Origin: Chlamydiales bacterium
GTDB taxonomy: Bacteria > Chlamydiota > Chlamydiia > Chlamydiales > JAAZZY01
Length of the DNA stretch: 64,000 bases
Reading direction: 5' to 3'
Assembly (NCBI GenBank): GCA_965206695.1
Contig: CBDBKM010000001.1
Coordinates: forward strand, 1-64,000
Shown: positions 21,537 to 31,015 of the stretch, one piece after another
How positions within the stretch are numbered: position 1 is the first letter of the stretch
Layout of the letters: each line of letters opens with the position of its first letter
Notes under the pieces: model-generated
The model's database searches: none
What the model saw: the letters and a program-made list of their open reading frames with translations, nothing else
Told to the model about the DNA's origin: nothing
Made by a program: the position numbers and the translations under genes

Positions 21537-22100
21537 TTATTTTTGACCTGATCCTACAACAACAGCTTGAGCATTATCAGATACGCTAACATGTTGTACT
21601 ACCAACTGCTGTTGTCCCCTTCTTTTATATTTTTCAATATCATTAACGACATCTCCATGAAGTCGCAATAGCTTTAATGCAAATTTCATATAAAAAGCTT
21701 GCCAGTGATCAGAAAAAGGTTCCTTCAATGAAGCATAATACTCAGCTTTTTTCATATATTCCATAGCCTGAGAGAAAAGCAGCGTCTCCTTTATCCTTAA
21801 TCTGGCCTCAGTTGAATCCTGAGGTTGAGACTCTTCTAAAGCTTGTATGAGTAGATTATATTGATCTTCTTTCTTCATATCTTTAGGTAAGGCTTGAATA
21901 CCCGCTTCAATAATAGCTGTGGATAATCCGGCTAAATGCGTACCACATAATTTCTTATGAAAGAATTCAACTGTATCGACGCCCTGAGGTATCTTTTTCT
22001 TGTCCACAAACAAATATGATTGCTTATTTTCTTTTTTTATATAAAAAATTGAAGTTTGATCTGCTCCTTCCTTATTATTAGTAGCTTTATCATCATCCAT
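21537..22100 (-). CDS. Hypothetical protein of the type found next to HGGxSTG genes in integrative elements
   Basis: PQDSTEARL; C-terminal RGQQQLVVQHVSVSDNAQAVV. Confidence 0.65.
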   Translation of the reverse strand: MDDDKATNNKEGADQTSIFYIKKENKQSYLFVDKKKIPQGVDTVEFFHKKLCGTHLAGLSTAIIEAGIQALPKDMKKEDQYNLLIQALEESQPQDSTEARLRIKETLLFSQAMEYMKKAEYYASLKEPFSDHWQAFYMKFALKLLRLHGDVVNDIEKYKRRGQQQLVVQHVSVSDNAQAVVVGSGQK

Positions 22101-22136
22101 GACTATACCTATATGGTTAAACTTTTTAAAAAGGTG

Positions 22137-22210
22137 TTGCTATTTCTGCTATTCTTGCTAAGAAATTATGTATTTTACCGTAAAAAATAGCAAAATAGCA
22201 GAAATAGCAA
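22137..22210. repeat. Iteron-like inverted array (3x TGCTA / 3x TAGCA; perfect 17-bp arms), putative replication origin
   Basis: TTGCTATTTCTGCTATT (22137-22153) and AATAGCAGAAATAGCAA (22194-22210), just downstream of the primase stop. Confidence 0.7.
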
Positions 22211-22215
22211 GGGTA

Positions 22216-24582
22216 CTATCTCAGAATCCAAACCTCCTTATGTTTAATATTATCAATTTCTCCTTTTGCAGGGCCAATTATCCATCCATGAGATTTCAAA
22301 ATATTTAACAATTTTTTTGCTACAGCTTTTGAGCGAATGGAATTAGGGCCTTTTTGATAAATCATAATGGTAGGGAACCTTTTAATATTCTTTTCATGCA
22401 ACCACTCCAATAGTTTATTTGCTTGAACAAGTTCTTGATCTATTTGTGACAGCCCCAAAAGCCTTAGAGATTCTGAAAGATAAAATTCACAGATCTTAAT
22501 GGCATTGTCAATCTCCATTATTTTAACTTCACTAGGATTGATATATTCAAAGACTGACAGAATTCCTGCTATACGTAACGCATTCTCAGCAATTTTAGCC
22601 GCTACTGCTTTTATTTGCTCATATGTACCATTGGGGCGCATCTCATATTCTATCTGATTATGAAATTCTATCCACCGATTACAAGATTCTTGTGATAGCG
22701 ATAATTCTACAGGACGTAACTCACTAGTATTATCTAGAGATACCGGGAGAGATCTGTCCATTAACTCTACTACTCGATCTTTAAAATTCTTAAATCCGGG
22801 CTTAAAATAAATATTTTCCGATTTATAGCTTCTGCTTCCTATAGTACTCTTGGGATGTGATATGAGGCATCTACTTAAAAACCCCTGCCCAATTAGAATA
22901 GGATTGGCAAATATCTGTTGAGCTACTATGGGTTGAATCATAAGGCTAAGACTTAAACGTTTACCGTACAAATTATATACACCATCTTTTACTCTAGCTC
23001 TGTCAATTTCTCCTGCATCCCAAAGAGCAGAAAGACCTGCTGCTGTTGAAAGGACATTCTCCTCTCGCATCGCATGACCTCCTATAAACCGTCCCCCTTC
23101 ATCAGAGAATAACCCTATTGAAGGTGTACTTTTAGATAGATGAATCACAAGAGATGGAAATGTTGGCTCAGCTAGTAGCATTATAGGATCTAGTGGTGGC
23201 TTGGGAGCCTCTTCCAGTTCCAGTACATTACCTACTTTTACAGCTTTATCTCGTTTGTGAGACCAGGCATCATATTGATTTTTGAATTGATACATGTCTC
23301 TGTGATAAATTTGAAGTATCATTTTTTGATACTCTTTGATTGTATGAAGTACAACTTTATCGATACCGGTCTTACGTTCTCCACTTTCTCCAACCGTAAT
23401 AAAAAAAAGAGAAAGAGGAATTGATCTACCATCGATAATTATGTTATAAAAAGGCTGTGTAACTAGTGCTGTTGCACTAAGAAGACTTTGTGCGCATATA
23501 GTCATTGGGGCTTGTACTACTTCATTTAAATCCCTACAGGCTGCTGATAATCTCACCCCTAAAGCCTCTACGGGAAAGATCATTGGATCCGGTACCTTTC
23601 TAAATAAAGGAGTTGGCTGGGCAAGATGCTGATAAATTGTTAGACCAAAAAAAGAACATAAATCATTAATATTTTTATCTCTACAGTGGTTATGGAAACA
23701 TTTAAAGCCATGGCTATCATAACCATCCTTATGCGGTTCAAAATATTTTGTATTGCCTCTATTATTTGATGACGTATGATCCTTTTCCCATGGACACTTA
23801 ATATCATAACATCCTTTCGGATGAGTTTTGGCACTTCGAAATAATCCATGATTATAGATAGCTTCTAAAATTTTATTATCATTCTTATTCTCTTTTACTT
23901 TATTACGTGGTGGTGAAGGGATCTTTATATACTTATCTGCTTCAGATACAAAAAAAGATCCTCTGTATGCATCTATAGAATTGATCTCTATGATTTTACT
24001 TACAAACGGATCCTTTTTCTGATGCAAGAACCCGGGTAATCTCATCACTCGAGAAAGATCTTTCACTTGAGGATCTCCATCATATATTTTAGCAAGATAG
24101 GTTTGTACTTTTGTAAAGTGCTCTAATTCCAAATCATGCACTAACCAATATGCATGGTACCTTCCGGGGCTACTCTCAATAATAATATGAGGTGTAACCT
24201 GTGCCTCCTTCACAGGTGTTAATGGAGCACCGTCTAAATCAACAAAAACAGCTCTTACAGCTTGAATATTACTACTCTTTCTACCTTTGCCGTCAGTTTT
24301 ATTCACAGTAAAGAAGATACCTGAACCTCTCTGATTTAATGCTACCAACTCTTCTCTGTGATCTTCAAAAGATCCATGTAAGATTTTTGCATTAGTATCA
24401 TAAGAACCGGATTTGCGATCACTAAAAGTTTGAAAAGTGATAGTTGCATCAGGTGCAATTAGAGATAAAAATTTTTGGGCATCTTTAAGATTTGGACTAA
24501 AATCATTAACTCTGTTAACATTATGTTGTAATGTGTTTCTTGGTCGCATTTGTTCCGATGCGGCCTTTTTTACTTCTTCCAT
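22216..24582 (-). CDS. RepB'-type DNA primase + Zn-finger + DUF3987 fusion
   Basis: AVFVDLDG, ESSPGRYHAYW, DLSRVMRLPG; CPW..H...CFHNHC; VGESGERKT, SDEGG, GFLSRCL. Confidence 0.85.
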   Translation of the reverse strand: MEEVKKAASEQMRPRNTLQHNVNRVNDFSPNLKDAQKFLSLIAPDATITFQTFSDRKSGSYDTNAKILHGSFEDHREELVALNQRGSGIFFTVNKTDGKGRKSSNIQAVRAVFVDLDGAPLTPVKEAQVTPHIIIESSPGRYHAYWLVHDLELEHFTKVQTYLAKIYDGDPQVKDLSRVMRLPGFLHQKKDPFVSKIIEINSIDAYRGSFFVSEADKYIKIPSPPRNKVKENKNDNKILEAIYNHGLFRSAKTHPKGCYDIKCPWEKDHTSSNNRGNTKYFEPHKDGYDSHGFKCFHNHCRDKNINDLCSFFGLTIYQHLAQPTPLFRKVPDPMIFPVEALGVRLSAACRDLNEVVQAPMTICAQSLLSATALVTQPFYNIIIDGRSIPLSLFFITVGESGERKTGIDKVVLHTIKEYQKMILQIYHRDMYQFKNQYDAWSHKRDKAVKVGNVLELEEAPKPPLDPIMLLAEPTFPSLVIHLSKSTPSIGLFSDEGGRFIGGHAMREENVLSTAAGLSALWDAGEIDRARVKDGVYNLYGKRLSLSLMIQPIVAQQIFANPILIGQGFLSRCLISHPKSTIGSRSYKSENIYFKPGFKNFKDRVVELMDRSLPVSLDNTSELRPVELSLSQESCNRWIEFHNQIEYEMRPNGTYEQIKAVAAKIAENALRIAGILSVFEYINPSEVKIMEIDNAIKICEFYLSESLRLLGLSQIDQELVQANKLLEWLHEKNIKRFPTIMIYQKGPNSIRSKAVAKKLLNILKSHGWIIGPAKGEIDNIKHKEVWILR

Positions 24583-24785
24583 GTTGAACCTCCTTCTTTT
24601 TGAGATTCAATCCATTGATCAAATAGAGCCATATTTAAAAAAATACGCTTACCTATCTTACGTACAGCTTGATCTAAGCCATTTTTATGCCTCCTCAGTA
24701 GATAGTAGCGCAATTGTCCCCGAGTAAAAGGGTAATTGGGATTTTCCGGCATTTGTTCGACTGAACAATAAATAGTATTTATCAT
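24570..24785 (-). CDS. Small HTH DNA-binding protein (excisionase-like)
   Basis: YPFTRGQLRYYL...RKIGKRIFL...FDQWI; similar to 1749..1952. Confidence 0.7.
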   Translation of the reverse strand: MINTIYCSVEQMPENPNYPFTRGQLRYYLLRRHKNGLDQAVRKIGKRIFLNMALFDQWIESQKEGGSTWKK

Positions 24786-24871
24786 AAGAATTCCTTATTA
24801 ATTCAAATACTACTGATTATTATTTATTAATGCTGATTTTGTCTGTGCGCTATGGGAGACAGTTTTAGATG

Positions 24872-25903
24872 CTAGAATTTCAATGACTTAGAATTTCTCT
24901 TTACAAATGATGGAAATGCTTGAGACAAAAACGTCACGAAAGAAACATTAGCAATATTAAGTGAATCTGTTATTCGACGAAAACTTCTCCTTAAGCTACT
25001 AAGAGGCGTTGTTAATATGTTTTTATACTCATTAACCGATCCATTTAATTTACTAATAAAAAACAAATATTCAAATAGAGTTTTTGAAATAACTACTGGG
25101 ATTTCACCAAAATAAGTAGGTATGACTAGAAGATGTTCCTCCTTCCCATTAGTTTGTTGATTCTTAATTGAGTTTCCTTTTATTTGGTGCAGCCATTGGA
25201 TCTCTGTAGGAAATCCTAAATAGGAGCTTGTTAAACAGATCCATACTAATGCTAGTAGCTCTATAGATATCATTTGACTATTAGGGCGACTATTTAAAAT
25301 AGCTTCTGCTAAAGCCTGCAAAATATTGCTAATAGAATAAATATCCGGAGGTGAGGCTTCCGACTGCACCTTCTTTAAGATAATTCCTTTATTATTACAG
25401 GATCGAATTTCCATTTTACGAGGAAAAATAGTCTCAAAATACCCCCATTCCGAACTAGAGAATTCTTTTTTCAAAAATCCCGTAAAACTACGTAATGATC
25501 TTTCATAACGAACTTTACATCCTCTTTTTCGATAAATATCATCAGCTAAACGCTTCAAATACTGAATAACCGTTTCTTCTATTTCCGGTTTCGGGATTAT
25601 ATATTTAGGGGAAATAGAAATATCTAGAATTTGCTCAAACCAGTCGTTATAAACAGGAAGAGCCTTCTCATCAAAAGGATGTTTAAAAGTATCAGCAACT
25701 CCCTTTTTACTTAAAAAAGCAAAATTAGTATCTGCATATAACCAACAATAAGCCTCTTGTTCAGTATATCGCTCTTCCGGCATTTGAGAGTCTTCATCGT
25801 TCCATACATCAGGAGCATAAGATTTCCAAAATTCTTTATGTTCTCTTATCCCCTCTTTTAAATCGCGCAATAGCATATGAACACTTTGTAGATTTCTAGT
25901 CAT
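24872..25903 (-). CDS. Degenerate recombinase-fold protein overlapping the int stop
   Basis: SLRSFTGFL motif; same position and similar size as 2092..3165; no RHRY tetrad. Confidence 0.5.
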   Translation of the reverse strand: MTRNLQSVHMLLRDLKEGIREHKEFWKSYAPDVWNDEDSQMPEERYTEQEAYCWLYADTNFAFLSKKGVADTFKHPFDEKALPVYNDWFEQILDISISPKYIIPKPEIEETVIQYLKRLADDIYRKRGCKVRYERSLRSFTGFLKKEFSSSEWGYFETIFPRKMEIRSCNNKGIILKKVQSEASPPDIYSISNILQALAEAILNSRPNSQMISIELLALVWICLTSSYLGFPTEIQWLHQIKGNSIKNQQTNGKEEHLLVIPTYFGEIPVVISKTLFEYLFFISKLNGSVNEYKNILTTPLSSLRRSFRRITDSLNIANVSFVTFLSQAFPSFVKRNSKSLKF

Positions 25904-26963
25904 ATTTGCCTCCTTGTAATTTTTCAGATATGTTCCGGCTAAACTTCTTGACTAATGACCCCTCCAGATGCGTATAACGCTGTAACATCTGCAAAGAACG
26001 ATGGCCCATAGCAGTCGCTAATTCTAAATTAGAAGCTCCTTGACGAGCAGCAAATGTGGCAAAGGAGTGCCGTAGATCATGAAATTTAAAGGATTGAATA
26101 TTGGCCTGTTCCAATACATCAGACCATACAGATCTAATATCTAATTGTCTAAATGCTGTTTTACCGGGGAAGACACAATTGTGATGAGTCTTCTTCATTT
26201 TTTTCAAATGATTAAGCTCCTGAATCACTACATCAACTAATGGTAAACTCCTTGGTCTTCCATTTTTAGTTACTTTTACATAAGCCATTTGACTTTCAAA
26301 ATCGATGTCATCCCATTGTAACCCTAAGATTTCTCCTTTTCCAGCCCCTGTAGTAAGAGCTATTAAAACAATAGCATATATATAAGGATGATGATGTTCT
26401 TTACAGACTTGTAATAATAGAATAGCTTCTTCATCAGATAAATAACGATCTCTACCGGAAGATTCTTTTAATTTTAATAATTTATTGCAGGGGTTTTGAT
26501 CAATCCAATGCAAGTGTTTGACGGCATATGTTAAAATAGACGATAAAGTAGAAAAGTATCGGTTGACAGTACCCGGAGTACGTTTTTTACCATGTTTCGT
26601 ATCTGTCTCTAATAAAAATTTACGCTCTTTACTTATCAGCTCCGAATTAATATGACAAAGGGCATAGGAGCCAATCCGTTGATTCCAATATTCTAAATGT
26701 CTTAAGGTGTCTCTAACAGAACGATGATGCTCTAAAGCCCCATCAGAAGTATAACGCTCCATTAATAGTGAAAAGGTATTCTTGTTTTTATGCCGGGAGA
26801 AATTAAAACGACCGGATTTAATTTTTCTTTCTGTTTCATTTGCCCAATCTTCAGCCTCTTGTTTACGGTCAAACGTTTGGCCGGTAGTTGGAAAACCTTT
26901 TAGTCTAATAACAGCTCTCCAAGTGGTTCCGGTAATGGTTTTTCTTTTGAAAATTGATGCCAT
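25896..26963 (-). CDS. Tyrosine site-specific integrase (likely start MASIFKRK at 26963); first catalytic Arg appears to be Gly
   Basis: TTGAGKGEIL, FHDLRHSFAT, GHRSLQMLQRY; paralogue of 3162..4256. Confidence 0.92.
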   Translation of the reverse strand: MASIFKRKTITGTTWRAVIRLKGFPTTGQTFDRKQEAEDWANETERKIKSGRFNFSRHKNKNTFSLLMERYTSDGALEHHRSVRDTLRHLEYWNQRIGSYALCHINSELISKERKFLLETDTKHGKKRTPGTVNRYFSTLSSILTYAVKHLHWIDQNPCNKLLKLKESSGRDRYLSDEEAILLLQVCKEHHHPYIYAIVLIALTTGAGKGEILGLQWDDIDFESQMAYVKVTKNGRPRSLPLVDVVIQELNHLKKMKKTHHNCVFPGKTAFRQLDIRSVWSDVLEQANIQSFKFHDLRHSFATFAARQGASNLELATAMGHRSLQMLQRYTHLEGSLVKKFSRNISEKLQGGKYD

Positions 26964-27131
26964 ACTATGCCTCTCTTTAATTATTTGGTAAATCAAAAGA
27001 TTGGATAGTACCGGTAAAACTATTCTTCACTGCACCGTTTTTGCACCGCAAAAGCTAAAATCTCATTATTTAGAGTTTTATAATTTACCCTATATTCTCT
27101 TAAGTCCCTTGTTTTTAATGAGATAAAAATT

Positions 27132-27183
27132 TGGGGGCGGTTGGATTCGAACCAACGTATCCATTACAGAGACGGAGTTACAG
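27132..27183 (-). tRNA. tRNA-Tyr(GTA) 3' half only (anticodon loop to discriminator); att-type fragment
   Basis: Minus strand CTGTAAC TCCGT, long variable arm, GTTGG TTCGAAT CCAAC, CGCCCCCA; 5' anticodon stem and D arm absent. Confidence 0.85.
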
Positions 27184-27189
27184 GGAGCG

Positions 27190-27680
27190 GTAAAATTGCT
27201 TCGCACCCAAACCGAGAAGGAGCTATCCAAGCCGTTTTCTATGCCTATAAGAGCTCAAAATTTTTCTAAAAAAAGACTTCATACTACAAAGAACGAGATG
27301 ACAAGAAAAGAATGTATTGAAGAAATTAAACAGATCGCGGAAAAAGATTGCCTCTACTTTGATGAAAGTGGAATCAATAGATATCTGAGCAGGGCGTGTG
27401 CAAGAATCTTAAGAGGGATTCAAGTATATGGCATAGCCTCCGGTATGAGATATGTAAGAGAAAACTTGATTACAGCACAAAGAAAGGCTCACATTCTATG
27501 ACCTTTTTGTTATCGCGGGACTTGTAATACAGATTTTTTCAACATGTGGTTAAAAGAGTTTCTCACTCCTGCATTAAACCCCGGATAAGTTGTGATCATG
27601 GATAATGCAACTTTCCATAAATCGCAGGAAACGAAAAGGCTTATAGAAGAAGCGGGCTGTCGCATTCTCTATTCTATCGA
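27190..27680 (+). pseudogene. Decayed IS630-family transposase; limits approximate
   Basis: LYFDESGI; downstream GTCNTDFFNMWL and IMDNATFHKS in broken frames. Confidence 0.75.
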
Positions 27681-27709
27681 ATTAGTAATAGAAATTATAA
27701 TTTAAACTA

Positions 27710-28402
27710 CTATAAATCAATCTGAAGCTGAGTTATAAGCTGATTTATTTTTTTTAAAAGATCATCCGACACTTTTAAATTGCTGATTTCGCGGAAGTTG
27801 CGAAAGTTAAATAATATTCTAAGGAGTTCCCATTCTTTTGATAAAAAAGCTATAATTTGCTTGGGATTGTGATGGGCGCAATAAACTTCCCCTCTATGAA
27901 AAGCGATTTCCCGTAAGGGTTGTTTGCATCTTGAGCACTCAGTGCTGATAGAGAACAATCCATCATACTTAAGAAGTTTAATTTTGAAGCTACTCATTAG
28001 AAGTGGAAGAGGACATGTAAAAAGAGCAATCTGCTTCAAATAGGCGACGACTAGACTGAATAGTGCCGGAGAAGGTTCTGAAGGCATTTGAGTAGATTTT
28101 ATATGTTGAATGATTTCGCCGGCAGTTTTTAAGGCATCCAGGTTATTTCGTATTGGAAAATAGGCATTTATCAATTTAGCCTCTTTGAAATGATAGAGTT
28201 CTCCTTTAGCTTTTCGAAAATAGAAATTTGCTAACGTAAGAGGGAGGCAAAAACCGGTACGTAAACTTTTAGGTCGATTCGCCCCCTTGACCAAAAGTTT
28301 GATGATACCCTCCTTTTGCGTAAATACAGAAATAATTCGATCAAAATCCTGAAAATTTAATGAGGATAAAATTAGCCCCGGGCTTTCTGTATATGTATTC
28401 AT
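27710..28402 (-). CDS. recO: DNA repair protein RecO
   Basis: DRIISVFTQKEGIIKLLVKGA; CSRC...C Zn motif. Confidence 0.9.
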   Translation of the reverse strand: MNTYTESPGLILSSLNFQDFDRIISVFTQKEGIIKLLVKGANRPKSLRTGFCLPLTLANFYFRKAKGELYHFKEAKLINAYFPIRNNLDALKTAGEIIQHIKSTQMPSEPSPALFSLVVAYLKQIALFTCPLPLLMSSFKIKLLKYDGLFSISTECSRCKQPLREIAFHRGEVYCAHHNPKQIIAFLSKEWELLRILFNFRNFREISNLKVSDDLLKKINQLITQLQIDL

Positions 28403-28497
28403 AGAAACCCGGATAAGTTTTGATTTTCAGTTTCCTTAACAGTATCCTTACAATAAGATCCCATAAGTTCTTCTTTTAAAGTATTTAAGGAGGATTT

Positions 28498-30145
28498 ATG
28501 TCAAATTCCATAACTAACAAATCACATTTTGATCATTCACTTCCGGTTCACTCGATCCCGATTGCTTCTTCTTCAATGTTTAAGAACCATAAAATTGTTC
28601 ATTTAACGGCTAAAAACCTTAAAAGCAAAGATAGTACAGCTCAAAAAGCCGTGGACTATAGTCGTTTAATTTTACATTGATAAGATTGCTTGATCAATGG
28701 CGAATTTAAAATTCGTAACTTTTCGTAATATCTCTCTAACTTTATTTTTCATATTAGCCCAATATTTTTCTATAGGATTTAAGTCCGGAGAATATGGAGG
28801 AAGAAACATAAGCTTACAACCGGCAGATTCTACTGTTTTCCTGCTTTCCGCTGACTTGTGAAAACCTGCATTGTCAAGAATAAGAACACTACCGGGTGTA
28901 AGCTGAGGAGTCAAAACTTCCTTAAGCCAAATATTGAATAACCCGGTATTACAAGTACCTTCAAAACACATTGGAGACAAAAACTGCCCTTTAGATAGGG
29001 CTGAAATAATATTTTGCCTTATAAAGCGGTTTCCTGAAACCGCTCCAAAAACTTTTTTGCCGCGTAAGCTTCTTCCGGACTCACGAAATAAAAATTGATG
29101 AATCCCGGTTTCATCGAGATAAATTCTCTTGTCAAAGGGAATATTTTTTAAATCTTTCATAAAAGCTTCCCGTTTCTTTTCATCTCTTTCCTTATAGCGA
29201 GTAGTTTTTTTTTTCGTGTAATTTTTAATCTTTTAAGGGCATAAAAAATCGTTTGCGGAGTGACTGAAAAATAATCAGCAATTTCCGATAAAAAATAATC
29301 CGGATGTTTTTCTACATATTTAGATAACAACTCATCATCTAATTTCTTATAAGCATATTTTCTGCGGATTGGCTTTAAATGTCCTTTTTGCTTTTTTTGC
29401 AAGATCCATCGATATATTGTTGCGATACCTACTTGAAAAATATGGCCGGCTGTTTTTTTATCATGATGTTTTTCTATATGTTGTCATACTTTCTCTCGGA
29501 GATCTACTGAATAGGCTCTAGGCATTGTTTTGTCCTTATTGTTTGTATAAAAAAAGAAGGATAACATATTATCAAATAAAAATTAAAGTACTATATATTA
29601 AGAATCATAATTCTTCGGTATCAGAGGTTTTAAAGCAAAGAGAATGTGGTTCCGGCTACTTAGATATATCTGATAGATATTTAAACGAACTATATCCTTT
29701 GATTGACGGGACTAAATATAGCCCGATTAAAAACAGTGTTGGAGTTCACATTGGCGTTATCTCTTTTGATGAGGGTAAGGCTAAGGGTATTGTTTTAAAA
29801 GAACAAGTAACAACGGTAAGTTTTGAATTTAAAAAGGTTACTTGTGTATCCGGAAGATTTAAAAATTGCCGGCTTGTGCAAGTGATTTCTAACGATCTCT
29901 TCAGGGTACGAGAAAGTTATGATTTAAGTCCTCTTCTCGAAAATCATGATTTTCATATTGCCTTTGCTCAAAAGAGTCGAGAACAAGTTAAGCAGGTTGC
30001 GACCGCTTCTTTTGCGATAGCCGTCTACTCGTTAATAGATTGCAATGTAGTTCATATTCTAATATACCATTTACTTCTTTTAGAAAAAAAACTAACTTGC
30101 TACAATTCTTCTCTTTTTCGCTGCACCGATAGCTCAATCGGATAG
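28498..30145 (+). pseudogene. Ser-rich N-terminus orphan gene interrupted by IS630; 3' end uncertain because it overlaps tRNA-Arg
   Basis: Removing 28659-29595 rejoins AVD-Y-IKNHNSS in frame; AGGAGG RBS before 28498. Confidence 0.6.
28659..29593 (-). mobile_element. IS630-family element (orfA/orfB, poly-A slippery site; in-frame TGA at codon 14)
   Basis: TA duplication; imperfect IRs; MPRAYSVDLR, YLDETG, LDNAGFH, LPPYSPDLNPIE. Confidence 0.95.
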
Positions 30146-30196
30146 AGTACCCGGCTTCGAACCGGGTGGTTAGAGGTTCGAGTCCTCTTCGGTGCA
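30123..30196 (+). tRNA. tRNA-Arg(TCG)
   Basis: Cloverleaf; anticodon arm CCCGG CTTCGAA CCGGG. Confidence 0.97.
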
Positions 30197-30291
30197 ACAT
30201 TACTTTCAAGGATATTAAAATAAGATCTGGTTTTTTCAGGCCACTATTTGTTATAATTAAGGTTTAAGCGTAAAATAAGAGGTAAAAAGCT

Positions 30292-30939
30292 ATGGTGGAT
30301 AAGAACAAATTCGCTGATATTGAAGGATATCACATCTCCATTACGGGAAAAAATGTTGTCATTACAGATGCCATGAAAGCTTGTGCCATAGAAAAGTTAT
30401 CTAAAATCGACCGTTTTTCTCAGGATATTATTGATGTTCATGTTATTATGGATCTTCAAAAGATGGAACATAGAGTGGATTTCATCTTAAGTGTTGGACA
30501 CACTAAGATTAAAGTTCATTACTCTTCTCAAGATATCTATATGTCTATTGATAAAGGAGTTGATAGATTACAAGCTCGCTTAAGAAAATATAAATCACGG
30601 CTTCAAGAACATCGTTCAAAAGATAGTATGTTAGAAAAAAATGAAACATTGGAAGAGATGAATGTCAAGATCATCCCGGCTCCCATAGATTTTCTTGAGG
30701 AATGCAACGACGCTATTGATGATGAAAACCAAAATCAAATAGAAAATATTTTTGGTCGGCCTCATGAAATTATCAAAACAGAGACAAGACCATTAAAGAC
30801 ATTAACTGTAGATGAAGCCGTTATGAACTTAGATCTTTCACAGGATTTCTTCTTAATCTATCGTTCTGAAGAAGATAAAAAAATTAAGGTTGTCTATCGA
30901 AGAGCGGATGATCATTTTGGTATTATTGAGGTTCATTAA
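30292..30939 (+). CDS. hpf: Ribosome hibernation promoting factor (long HPF/RaiA)
   Basis: ISITGKNVVITDA, DIYMSIDKGVDRLQARLRKYK, VVYRRADDHFGIIE. Confidence 0.9.
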   Translation: MVDKNKFADIEGYHISITGKNVVITDAMKACAIEKLSKIDRFSQDIIDVHVIMDLQKMEHRVDFILSVGHTKIKVHYSSQDIYMSIDKGVDRLQARLRKYKSRLQEHRSKDSMLEKNETLEEMNVKIIPAPIDFLEECNDAIDDENQNQIENIFGRPHEIIKTETRPLKTLTVDEAVMNLDLSQDFFLIYRSEEDKKIKVVYRRADDHFGIIEVH

Positions 30940-31015
30940 CTTATTAGGCTTACAGCTGTTTTGAAGGAACATCTTTTTTTACTGAGGGTGTTGATCTAAT
31001 AAGGCATGTGATGTT

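Larger units (their letters stand above)
11034..27183 (-). mobile_element. Integrative element A (int, recombinase-like protein, HTH, primase-DUF3987, HGGxSTG pair) plus defence/TA cargo; left limit uncertain
   Basis: Integrase lies next to the tRNA-Tyr 3' half; degenerate att at 11034. Confidence 0.65.

Noticed and set aside
1..27183. Prophage or conjugative ICE
   Set aside because: No recognisable capsid, terminase, tail, relaxase or T4SS genes within the window.
27132..27230. Complete, split or intron-containing tRNA-Tyr
   Set aside because: No 5' anticodon stem, D arm or matching acceptor strand found nearby; no group I intron features recognised.
29484..29486. TGA recoding (alternative genetic code)
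   Set aside because: TGA ends normal genes here (for example lepA) and core genes have no internal TGA.
29988..30209. 73-aa ORF
   Set aside because: Antisense to tRNA-Arg(TCG).
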